Below are positions 37,175 through 45,846 of a stretch of 64,000 nucleotides of DNA, in pieces. A program made the position numbers and the translations under genes. This stretch comes from Acutalibacteraceae bacterium (lineage in GTDB: Bacteria > Bacillota > Clostridia > Oscillospirales > Acutalibacteraceae), in contig JAZSHV010000034.1 in assembly GCA_045533475.1 (NCBI GenBank), forward strand, positions 4,703-68,702. Direction: 5' to 3'. Positions within the stretch are counted from its first letter, which is position 1; each line of letters begins with the position of its first letter. Below the pieces are notes generated by a model. The model was not told the DNA's origin. It made no database searches and was given only the letters and a program-made list of their open reading frames with translations.

Positions 37175-38395
37175 TTATCTTATTCCAAAGTTTTCAATTA
37201 CATAGTCCATATCCTTGTCGCCTCTGCCTGAGAGGTTGATAAGAATAGAACCGTGGTCCATTGTCTTTGCAAGCTTCATACCGTATGCAACAGCGTGTGA
37301 GCTTTCAATTGCAGGAATTATACCCTCAAGTCGGGCAAGCTTGTAGAAGGCATCGATGGTTTCCTCGTCATCAATTACATCATACTTTACTCTGCCGATT
37401 TCCTGAAGAAACGCGTGCTCAGGTCCTGAGGACGGATAATCAAGTCCGCTTGCTACTGAATAAACGGGAGCAGGCTCGCCGTTTTCGTCCTTAAGCATAA
37501 TGCTGTTAAATCCGTGCATAATGCCCTCTGTACCGTATTTGAGGCTTGCCGCGTGGTCACCAAGCTTCGGACCTCTGCCCAAAGGCTCAATTCCGTAAAT
37601 ATCAACAGGGTCATTTAAAAATCCTGCAAAAAGACCTGCCGCATTACTGCCTCCGCCAACACAGGCAACAATAGAGGTGGGAAGATGTCCCGTCATATCA
37701 ATAAATTGCTCTCTTGCTTCAATTCCGACAACGCTCTGGAAATCGCGAACCATCATCGGGAATGGATGAGGACCCAAAACCGAGCCAATACAGTAAATCC
37801 AGTCATTATATTCCTTGCTGTAGGCATCAAAGGCGGCGTCTACAGCCTCCTTAAGGGTTGCAAGACCGTGAGTAACCTCAACTACATTAGCACCGAGAAT
37901 CTTCATTCTTGCAACATTGGGAGCCTGTTTTTTAATGTCTACGCTACCCATATAAATATCACATTCAAGACCGAAATATGCGGCAGCGGTTGCAAGAGCT
38001 ACACCGTGCTGACCGGCGCCTGTTTCTGCAATAACCTTTTTCTTGCCCATATATTTTGCAAGAAGAGCTTCGCCCATACAGTGGTTAAGCTTATGAGCGC
38101 CCGAATGGTTAAGGTCCTCACGTTTGGCGTAAAGCTGAACCTTGCCGCCCAAGGCATCGGAAAGTCTTTCAAGATGCGATACGGGGGTTGGTCTGCCTTG
38201 AAATTCCTTTCTTATTCTTCTAAGTTCGGCAATGAATTTTCTTGACTGACAGATTGAAAAATAAGCTTCGGTTATTTCAGCCATAGCAGCCTTTAGCTTG
38301 TCATCAATATATACACCGCCGTATTTACCGAAATAACCGTCCTTATCGGGATAATTGTTAAAGTAGGTATCAAAATTCACACCGTTTAAATTCAT
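37175..38395 (-). CDS. trpB: tryptophan synthase beta chain (stand-alone, no trpA in window)
   Basis: PLP-lysine region [14 protein letters not shown], plus [11 protein letters not shown] and GGGSNAAG. A Trp T-box leader lies directly upstream. Confidence 0.92.
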   Translation of the reverse strand: MNLNGVNFDTYFNNYPDKDGYFGKYGGVYIDDKLKAAMAEITEAYFSICQSRKFIAELRRIRKEFQGRPTPVSHLERLSDALGGKVQLYAKREDLNHSGAHKLNHCMGEALLAKYMGKKKVIAETGAGQHGVALATAAAYFGLECDIYMGSVDIKKQAPNVARMKILGANVVEVTHGLATLKEAVDAAFDAYSKEYNDWIYCIGSVLGPHPFPMMVRDFQSVVGIEAREQFIDMTGHLPTSIVACVGGGSNAAGLFAGFLNDPVDIYGIEPLGRGPKLGDHAASLKYGTEGIMHGFNSIMLKDENGEPAPVYSVASGLDYPSSGPEHAFLQEIGRVKYDVIDDEETIDAFYKLARLEGIIPAIESSHAVAYGMKLAKTMDHGSILINLSGRGDKDMDYVIENFGIR

Positions 38396-38485
38396 TTTTA
38401 TTCTCCTTAATAGTTAAAATTGTTTTTGAATTTCACATCGAGATTTGCCATCGTTTAACTAATAAAAACATTATCATTACCTCAC

Positions 38486-38745
38486 AAAAAAAGTCCTGTC
38501 CCTAATGGGACAAGACATCAATCCTGCGGTACCACCCAAATTGCCGAAACTAATTCGACCTCTCAACTTGCACAATAAATGCAATCCGTTCTGATAACGG
38601 GTACGGGTCCCGTCGGTTACTACTAACGCAAAGCGCTTTCGACCGCCCTCATAAGTCCATTCACGATGCCCTTGCAACGGTATTTCCACCGTCAACCGCT
38701 CTCTAAAATGCAATAAAGCAAAGCTACTACTCTTAATCGTAGGTT
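38486..38745 (-). promoter_or_regulatory. T-box riboswitch leader, Trp-specific (specifier UGG)
   Basis: On the minus strand: AGAGAG, distal GGTGGAA, specifier context GAA-UGG-A (UGG at 38659-38657), T-box sequence AATTTGGGTGGTACCGCAGG (38542-38523), and terminator GTCTTGTCCC-ATTA-GGGACAGGAC plus T7 (38516-38486). Confidence 0.9.
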
Positions 38746-38757
38746 TAGTTCCTAATA

Positions 38758-38786
38758 ATGATAACATTATTAAATAATTTTGTCAA
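38758..38786 (-). promoter_or_regulatory. sigma-A-type promoter for the Trp T-box / trpB
   Basis: On the minus strand: TTGACA (38786-38781), 17-nt spacer, TATCAT (38763-38758). Confidence 0.6.
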
Positions 38787-38802
38787 GATAATTTTTTAGT
38801 GT

Positions 38803-39609
38803 TTATATTTTAATATATTTCATACCGTTTTCCGTAATAATACCGTGCTCTGTAAATCCACACTCTAACGCAAGGCGGCGGCTTTCTTCAAAATGACAGT
38901 CAAGGTAATTTTTATTATGGCAATCGCTTGAAAAGACTATTCTTCCACCGTATTTTTTTATCATTTTAAGAATTTCGGGTGAGGGGTAGGGAATAGCGCG
39001 CGCGCCTCTTGCGATAGCGCCTGTATTAATTTCAAACGGAACTCCATAAGGGGCAAGCGCCTTTACTGTCTTTTCTGCGGCATTAAGAAAGCGCTTTGAT
39101 TGACCGTATCCAATTTTTTCGCTATACTTCTGAATAAGGTCAATGTGACCTATAATGTCACAGTCTGTTTTATTAACAACATCAGAAACCACAGAAAAAT
39201 ATTCCTCTGCAAAGGCATCATAATCTCCGTTATAATGGAGCGCGATATTGCTCTTGACCTCTTCTATACCGGAGTCAACCGAAAGATATTCGCCGTTTTT
39301 AAAAACATTGTGAACCGAGCCTATAATATAATCATAATTAAAGGTTGGCTTTTCGGAGTTGTAATCCTGTTCAAGTCCACAAAAAATCTGAATTATATCC
39401 TTATATTTTTCTTTGAGCTCAAGTACGGTTTTTATATACAAAAGCTCAGTTTCGCTATCCATAGCAAACGACCTGTCTCTGTAAAGATAGCTGTGCCCTG
39501 AAAAGCCTAAGGCGGTAAAGCCTTTTTCAATGGCGGTGAGCACCATTTCTTCGGGAGTATCTGCTCCGTCGCAAAAGGTGGAGTGGGTGTGGAAATTAGT
39601 TGTTATCAT
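38803..39609 (-). CDS. hisK: histidinol-phosphatase, PHP family (HisJ/HisK type)
   Basis: N-terminal FHTHSTFCDG and PHP-domain His/Asp pattern. It is the last cistron of the his operon. Confidence 0.9.
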   Translation of the reverse strand: MITTNFHTHSTFCDGADTPEEMVLTAIEKGFTALGFSGHSYLYRDRSFAMDSETELLYIKTVLELKEKYKDIIQIFCGLEQDYNSEKPTFNYDYIIGSVHNVFKNGEYLSVDSGIEEVKSNIALHYNGDYDAFAEEYFSVVSDVVNKTDCDIIGHIDLIQKYSEKIGYGQSKRFLNAAEKTVKALAPYGVPFEINTGAIARGARAIPYPSPEILKMIKKYGGRIVFSSDCHNKNYLDCHFEESRRLALECGFTEHGIITENGMKYIKI

Positions 39610-40273
39610 TACCTGTCATTTTCTCCTGCTTAACCTTGTGGTCGATAATGTGTCTTGAAGCGAGCTCCTTTTTAATATCATCAACAGAGATTCCCATTTC
39701 AACCATCATTACCATTATATGATATGCAAGGTCGGCAATTTCGTAAACAGTTTCCTTTTTGTCATTATCCTTAGAAGCAATTATAACCTCGGTACATTCT
39801 TCTCCGATTTTTTTAAGCATTTTATCAATACCCTTTTGGAAAAGATAGGTTGTATAAGAGCCCTCAGGTAGCTCCTTTTTTCTACCCTCAAGCAGAGCAT
39901 AAAGTCCGTCCATAGAAAAGGCGGAATTGTTTTCGCTTTCAAATAAAGGCTTTGTAAAACAGGAATCTGTACCCTCGTGACAGGCAGGACCGTCCTTTTT
40001 AACAACTACTGTAAGGGCGTCCTTGTCGCAGTCAGCGGTAATAGAAACAATATGCTGATAATTACCGCTTGTTTCCCCCTTAAGCCATAGCTCTTTACGG
40101 GAACGGCTATAGAAACAGGCGAGCTCCCTTTCCATAGAAATTTCAAGGCTTTCCTTATTCATATAAGCGAGGGTAAGCACCTTTTTTGTGTCTGCATCTA
40201 CAACTATTGCAGGAATAAGTCCGTTTTGGTCAAATTTAAGTTCATTTATATTAAGCATTTTCGTTAACCTCAT
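39596..40273 (-). CDS. hisI: bifunctional phosphoribosyl-AMP cyclohydrolase / phosphoribosyl-ATP pyrophosphatase
   Basis: HisI half: SRSRKELWLKGETSGN..DCDKDAL. HisE half: EECTEVIIA...EIADLAYH. ATGA overlap with the hisF stop. Confidence 0.94.
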   Translation of the reverse strand: MRLTKMLNINELKFDQNGLIPAIVVDADTKKVLTLAYMNKESLEISMERELACFYSRSRKELWLKGETSGNYQHIVSITADCDKDALTVVVKKDGPACHEGTDSCFTKPLFESENNSAFSMDGLYALLEGRKKELPEGSYTTYLFQKGIDKMLKKIGEECTEVIIASKDNDKKETVYEIADLAYHIMVMMVEMGISVDDIKKELASRHIIDHKVKQEKMTGNDNN

Positions 40274-41028
40274 AATCTTACTGTAATATCATTATCTTTA
40301 AGCAACTGCTTTAAATCGGAAATTTTAACCTCTCCAAAATGGAAAATAGAAGCGGCAAGACCTGCATCTATATCAGGAATTTCCTTAAATAGCTTTACAA
40401 AATCGTCTGCTGAGCCGGCTCCGCCCGAAGCAATAACGGGTACATTTACAGTCTCGCGCACAGCCCGTAGCATTTCAATGTCAAAGCCTTTTTTAACGCC
40501 GTCGGTATCAATGGAATTAACCACAACCTCACCTGCGCCATTATTAACACAGCGTTTAATCCAGCTTATGGCTTCCATACCCGTATCTTCTCTGCCGCCC
40601 TTTGCAAAAACTCGGAATTCACCGTTTACCCGTTTAATATCGGCAGAAATAACCACGCATTGATTACCGTATTTTTTTGCCGCCTCGGTGATAAGCTCAG
40701 GATTTTTAATAGCTCCCGAATTCACACTTACCTTGTCAGCACCGCATTTGAGCACACGGTCAAAATCGTCAATAGTGTTTATTCCTCCGCCAACGGTGAG
40801 CGGTATAAAAATATTACGGGCAACCTCTGTGAGAATATCTGTAAAAAGCTTTCTTCCGTCGCTCGAAGCGGTAATATCATAAAAAACAAGCTCATCTGCA
40901 CCGCAGTCGCTGTAATACTTACCGAGTGCTACAGGAGAGGAGACGTCATTAAGGTTTTCAAAATTTACACCCTTTACAACCCGTCCGTTTCTTACATCAA
41001 GGCAGGGGATTATTCTTTTGGTTATCAT
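40270..41028 (-). CDS. hisF: imidazole glycerol phosphate synthase cyclase subunit
   Basis: Sequence RIIPCLDV..GRVVKG and GGGI. Confidence 0.96.
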   Translation of the reverse strand: MITKRIIPCLDVRNGRVVKGVNFENLNDVSSPVALGKYYSDCGADELVFYDITASSDGRKLFTDILTEVARNIFIPLTVGGGINTIDDFDRVLKCGADKVSVNSGAIKNPELITEAAKKYGNQCVVISADIKRVNGEFRVFAKGGREDTGMEAISWIKRCVNNGAGEVVVNSIDTDGVKKGFDIEMLRAVRETVNVPVIASGGAGSADDFVKLFKEIPDIDAGLAASIFHFGEVKISDLKQLLKDNDITVRL

Positions 41029-41738
41029 TTTGCCGCCTCCAATGCTTCTATAAGGTCAATAGCGCCTATGTAATATGCCTTGCCGATAATAGCGCCGTAA
41101 ATATCAAGCGTTCTTAGTGCCTTTATATCTTCAATATCTGAAACACCGCCTGAAGCCACAATGTCAATATTAAGCTCATTTGAAAGCTCCTTGTAAAGCT
41201 GACGGTTTGTACCTTGCATTGCACCGTCCTTTGAAATATCGGTACAGATTATAGTTTTAACCCCTAAGTTCTGCATTTTTTTGCAGAATTCAAAGCAGGT
41301 ATACTGTGAGGTTTCAAGCCAACCCTTTATAGCAACAAAACCGTCTTTAATATCAACACCAACGGCAATTCTTTCACCGTATTCAGCTACCGCTGTTTTA
41401 AGGAAATCCTCGTCCTTAACTGCGGCAGTGCCTAAGATAACGCGGTCAACACCGTTTTCAAGGTATGCTTTTACGGTATCCATACTGCGAATACCGCCGC
41501 CTATTTCGGTAAAAAGCGAGGTTTCGTTTGCTATCTGTTTTACAATATCAAGATTTGGGGTTGTACCGTCCTTAGCACCCTCTAAATCAACCATATGAAT
41601 ATATTTTGCGCCTTTGCTTTCAAAATCGCGGGCTATTTCAATCGGGTTTTCGCTATAGACTGTCATTTGGGCATAATCACCCTTATAAAGTCGCACCGCT
41701 TTACCGTCATATAAATCTATTGCAGGGAAAATCTTCAT
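41025..41738 (-). CDS. hisA: ProFAR isomerase
   Basis: Sequence IFPAIDLYDGKAVRL. Confidence 0.95.
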   Translation of the reverse strand: MKIFPAIDLYDGKAVRLYKGDYAQMTVYSENPIEIARDFESKGAKYIHMVDLEGAKDGTTPNLDIVKQIANETSLFTEIGGGIRSMDTVKAYLENGVDRVILGTAAVKDEDFLKTAVAEYGERIAVGVDIKDGFVAIKGWLETSQYTCFEFCKKMQNLGVKTIICTDISKDGAMQGTNRQLYKELSNELNIDIVASGGVSDIEDIKALRTLDIYGAIIGKAYYIGAIDLIEALEAAK

Positions 41739-42355
41739 ATATTTATCTCCATTTCACAAAAGGCGCGAAGAATGTTAAGACCTACGCTGCCGCTTTTTTC
41801 GGGATGAAACTGACAACCGAATATGTTGTCCTTACCGACCGCCGCGGTAAGCTGATTGCCATATTCAGTTGTTGCAATCAAATCGTTATCACAGTCCTTT
41901 GCATAAAAGGAATGAACGAAATAAACAAAGTCACCCTCGTTTATGTATTTAAAAAGGGGAGAAGGCTTTGTGAATTTAAGAGCATTCCAACCGATGTGCG
42001 GAATTTTAAGCTCTGAAGGAATTGAGCCCTCCATAGGTACAACCTCGCCTGAAATAAGTCCTAAGCCCTCGTGACAGCCGTATTCATAGCTTTTATCAAA
42101 AAGCATCTGCATACCGAGACAAATTCCGAGTAATGGCTTACCCTTTCTAGCCTCTTCCTTTATAAGTATATCCAATTCGGTTTCCCTAAGCTTTTTTGCC
42201 GCGTCCTCAAATGCTCCGACACCCGGAAGAACCAGCTTATCAGCTTTTTTAATCACATCAGGGTCGCCTGTCACAACAACATTGGCATTAATAGCCTTAA
42301 ACGAGCAAGAAAGCGAGAAGAGATTTCCTACTCCGTAGTCAATTATTGCAATCAT
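41735..42355 (-). CDS. hisH: imidazole glycerol phosphate synthase glutaminase subunit
   Basis: Sequence IAIIDYGVGNLFS, GICLGMQ and FHPEKS. Confidence 0.96.
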   Translation of the reverse strand: MIAIIDYGVGNLFSLSCSFKAINANVVVTGDPDVIKKADKLVLPGVGAFEDAAKKLRETELDILIKEEARKGKPLLGICLGMQMLFDKSYEYGCHEGLGLISGEVVPMEGSIPSELKIPHIGWNALKFTKPSPLFKYINEGDFVYFVHSFYAKDCDNDLIATTEYGNQLTAAVGKDNIFGCQFHPEKSGSVGLNILRAFCEMEINI

Positions 42356-42942
42356 TAAAGTACTCCTTTGGTAGAGGGGATTTCGTCAATAGTGGCTTGG
42401 TCAATAGCCACAGCCGCCTTAAGGCTTCGAGCTACAGACTTAAAAGCACCCTCAATAATATGGTGGGAATTTGTGCCGCTAAGCTGTTTAATGTGCAGGG
42501 TAATAGCCGCATTGCGTACAAGACTTATAAAAAATTCCTCGGCAAGCTCAGTATCAAAACTACCTACACGCTGAGAGGGAATATCGAGTCCGTATTCGAG
42601 GTGAGCTCTGCCCGATATGTCAACGGCAGACATAATAAGAGTTTCGTCCATAGGAAGAATCATACTGCCGTAACGAGAAATTCCGCGCTTATCACCAAGC
42701 GCATCTTTTATGGCAGAACCCAATGCAATTCCTATGTCCTCAACCGTGTGGTGAGCATCAACAAAGGTATCGCCTGTGCATAAAACATCAAGGTCAAAGC
42801 GGGCGTGTGATGCAAAAAGGGTTAGCATATGGTCAAGAAAACCCACACCTGTATTAATTTCGCTTTTTCCGCTTCCGTCAAGATTTAATGAAAGCTTTAT
42901 ATCGGTTTCTTTGGTTTTACGGATAATTTCGGCTGTTCTCAT
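42355..42942 (-). CDS. hisB: imidazoleglycerol-phosphate dehydratase
   Basis: Sequence RKTKETDI and HHTVED..HHIIE. Confidence 0.96.
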   Translation of the reverse strand: MRTAEIIRKTKETDIKLSLNLDGSGKSEINTGVGFLDHMLTLFASHARFDLDVLCTGDTFVDAHHTVEDIGIALGSAIKDALGDKRGISRYGSMILPMDETLIMSAVDISGRAHLEYGLDIPSQRVGSFDTELAEEFFISLVRNAAITLHIKQLSGTNSHHIIEGAFKSVARSLKAAVAIDQATIDEIPSTKGVL

Positions 42943-42963
42943 TTTAAAAACTCCTTAAATTCC

Positions 42964-43518
42964 TTATTTGTAAGCAATATATTTTGGATTTTCATCAGGT
43001 GAACCTACCTGAATAACTAATAGGTCATCTACATAGAAAATATACATTTCATCATATTTCCCGTCTAATTCATAAAAGATTGACTGTTTTTCATCATTGT
43101 TATACCGTTTGTTTGAAACAATTGCAGTTTTACCCTCAATAAGTTTCGCAACATCTATATTATCGGGATTATCTGTGATAACTGCGTTTTTAAGCCAATT
43201 TGTAATATATTCTTCTTCTAAGATATACTGTGTTTCTCTGGCATCACCCTCAACAAATCCGAGCTCCAAAACATAGAAAAATAAGAATTTCTTAATGTTA
43301 AAGCTTTTTATTGAAATATCTCGCTTTTCGTTGTAAAAATACAATTCATTATAGGAGGGATTTTTTTCAAACTCACCGAAATTCTCGCTATATTGACAAA
43401 CAAAAAGCTTTGAACCTTTTCTAAACTCTATTTGAGGATAAATAATTAGAAAAATACATATTACAACCAGTATTAAAGCAACAGTTATCAGTAATTTTTT
43501 CGGCCTTGCTTTATTCAT
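42964..43518 (-). CDS. hypothetical membrane-anchored protein embedded in the his operon
   Basis: One N-terminal TM segment (LLITVALILVVICIFLIIY) and visibly more AT-rich than its neighbours. The start overlaps the hisC stop by 8 nt. Confidence 0.65.
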   Translation of the reverse strand: MNKARPKKLLITVALILVVICIFLIIYPQIEFRKGSKLFVCQYSENFGEFEKNPSYNELYFYNEKRDISIKSFNIKKFLFFYVLELGFVEGDARETQYILEEEYITNWLKNAVITDNPDNIDVAKLIEGKTAIVSNKRYNNDEKQSIFYELDGKYDEMYIFYVDDLLVIQVGSPDENPKYIAYK

Positions 43519-44566
43519 TGATTATTTCCTTTACCTTAGAAATGAATATTTCCATTTCATTTTGGCTTCCAATCGTTATACGGTTAAAATCCTTTATTCT
43601 TGGATTGGTAAAGTGACGGACTAACACACCGTTTTCCTTAAGCTTTAAATAAAGCTCTTCACCGCCTACTTTATCGCTTTTGGCAAAAACAAAATTTGTT
43701 TTTGAGGGTAAAACATCGAATCCTAATGCGGTAAGCTCTTTTACGGTGTATTCCTTTGAGGCAATAATTTTTTTGCAGTTATCCATATAGTATGAATTTT
43801 CTTCAACCGCCTTAGTACCTACCACCTGAGTGAGACGGTTAATGTTATACGGGTTAGTGGAATATTTTATTTTCTCAAGGTCGGATATTATGTTTTTATC
43901 TGCAATAGCAAATCCGAGTCTTGCGCCTGCCATACTGCGTGATTTTGAAAAGGTTTGGCAGACAAGCAGATTATCATATTTTTTAGTAAGCTCAGCACAG
44001 CTTTCACCGCCGAAATCTACATAAGCCTCGTCTATAAGCACGATATTATCAGGGTTTGAGGCTATTATTTCCTCAATTTCCGAAATCTCAAGCGCAATTC
44101 CTGTGGGTGCATTCGGGTTAGCAATAACCACTAATTTGCCACAATTCTTGAATTTATCAGTATCAAGGGTGAAATCGTCCTTTAGCGGAATAACGGTTGC
44201 ATCAACTCCGTGGAGCTGGGCAAAAACGCTATAAAAACCGTAGGTGATGTCTGCAAAGGTGGCGCCCTTTTCTGAAAATGCCATAAAGGCAAAGTTCAGT
44301 ATATCGTCTGAACCGTTTGAAAGAAAGATGTTTTCAGGATTCACACCGTAAAGCTCAGCTAATGCGCATTTGAGCTTCTTGCAGTCAGGGTCGCAGTAAA
44401 GACGCAAATCCTTAACTTCCTGTGTGTTTATTGCCTCAATCACACCGTCAGACGGCGGATAGGGGGACTCATTTGTATTAAGCTTAATATATTTTTTGTC
44501 CTGCGGTTGTTCTCCGGGGACATACTCCTCAAGACCGCAAAAACGACTATTTAAAAATTCACTCAT
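43511..44566 (-). CDS. hisC: histidinol-phosphate aminotransferase
   Basis: Class-II aminotransferase pattern; PLP-lysine region TFSKSRSMAGARLG. Confidence 0.94.
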   Translation of the reverse strand: MSEFLNSRFCGLEEYVPGEQPQDKKYIKLNTNESPYPPSDGVIEAINTQEVKDLRLYCDPDCKKLKCALAELYGVNPENIFLSNGSDDILNFAFMAFSEKGATFADITYGFYSVFAQLHGVDATVIPLKDDFTLDTDKFKNCGKLVVIANPNAPTGIALEISEIEEIIASNPDNIVLIDEAYVDFGGESCAELTKKYDNLLVCQTFSKSRSMAGARLGFAIADKNIISDLEKIKYSTNPYNINRLTQVVGTKAVEENSYYMDNCKKIIASKEYTVKELTALGFDVLPSKTNFVFAKSDKVGGEELYLKLKENGVLVRHFTNPRIKDFNRITIGSQNEMEIFISKVKEIINE

Positions 44567-45846
44567 TACTTTATTTCCTCAAACCTTACTGTAGCACTTC
44601 TTGCGTGTGCGGAAAGTCCCTCTTTTTCGGCAAAGAAAGCAACATCGCTATAAACCTTTTGGAGCGCTTCCTTTGTGTAATATGTGTACTGTGATTTTTT
44701 AACAAAATCATCAACCGAAAGGGGACTTGAAAATCTTGCGGTACCTGATGTGGGGAGAGTGTGGTTAGGACCTGCAAAATAATCACCCAATGCCTCAGGA
44801 CAGTATCTTCCCATAAATATACTGCCTGCGTTCTTGATTTTATCGAGGTAATCAAAGGGATTGTCCACACAAAGCTCAAGATGCTCAGGCGCAATTTCGT
44901 TTGCAACATCAATTACATCGTTTATATTTTCTGCAATAATTATTTTACCGTTATTGTCAATAGAGGTTCTTGCAATTTCCTCACGGGGGAGTAGGGAAAG
45001 CTGACGCTCAATTTCGTCGCTTACCTTATTTGCTAATTCCTCACTGTCGGTAACTAAAACGGCGCTTGCCATTTTGTCGTGCTCAGCCTGAGAAAGCAGG
45101 TCAGCCGCAACAAAAGAGGGGTTGCTCTTGCCGTCTGCGATTACTAAAATTTCACTCGGACCTGCAATCATATCAATTGAAACTCTGCCGAACACCTGAC
45201 GCTTAGCCTCTGTAACAAAGGCATTTCCCGGTCCTACAATCTTGTCCACCTTAGGAACGGTTTCAGTTCCGTATGCCAAAGCGGCAACCGCCTGTGCACC
45301 GCCGATTTTAAATATGCGGTCAACCTCTGCAATTTTTGCGGCGGCAAGTATTACGGGATTAACCTTACCGTCAGCCGAGGGGGGAGTGGTAATGCAAATT
45401 TCCTTACAGCCCGCAATTTTAGCAGGAATACTGTCCATAAGCACGGTTGAGGGGTATGCCGCAGTACCGCCGGGAACATAAAGACCTACCTTTTCAATGG
45501 GTGTAACCTTTTGTCCTGTAACAATACCGTCACAGTCGTTAAGAATAAAGCTGTTGCGAACCTGAGCTTTATGGAAGCTACGGATATTTTCAGCCGCTTT
45601 TTCGAGAATTTCAATAAATCGCGGTTCAACCGATTTGAAGGCTTCTTCAATTTCTTGGTTTGTAACCTCTAAAGAAGTAAGAACTGCCTTATCGAATTTT
45701 TCGCAGTATTCGAAAAGAGCTTTATCCTTGTTTTCAATTACATTGTTAATTATATCGGTAACAATGTCAGCCACATCAAAGCTTGTTTTGCCTCTTGCAA
45801 ATATCTCCTCGGGGCGAACCTCGCCGTATTTCATTATTTTAATCAT
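44566..45846 (-). CDS. hisD: histidinol dehydrogenase
   Basis: Sequence VGLYVPGGTAAYPS and QAEHD. Confidence 0.96.
   Translation of the reverse strand: MIKIMKYGEVRPEEIFARGKTSFDVADIVTDIINNVIENKDKALFEYCEKFDKAVLTSLEVTNQEIEEAFKSVEPRFIEILEKAAENIRSFHKAQVRNSFILNDCDGIVTGQKVTPIEKVGLYVPGGTAAYPSTVLMDSIPAKIAGCKEICITTPPSADGKVNPVILAAAKIAEVDRIFKIGGAQAVAALAYGTETVPKVDKIVGPGNAFVTEAKRQVFGRVSIDMIAGPSEILVIADGKSNPSFVAADLLSQAEHDKMASAVLVTDSEELANKVSDEIERQLSLLPREEIARTSIDNNGKIIIAENINDVIDVANEIAPEHLELCVDNPFDYLDKIKNAGSIFMGRYCPEALGDYFAGPNHTLPTSGTARFSSPLSVDDFVKKSQYTYYTKEALQKVYSDVAFFAEKEGLSAHARSATVRFEEIK

Noticed and set aside
38477-38767. 96-aa minus-strand ORF upstream of trpB.
   Set aside because: It coincides exactly with the Trp T-box leader (specifier, T-box sequence, terminator) and is non-coding.
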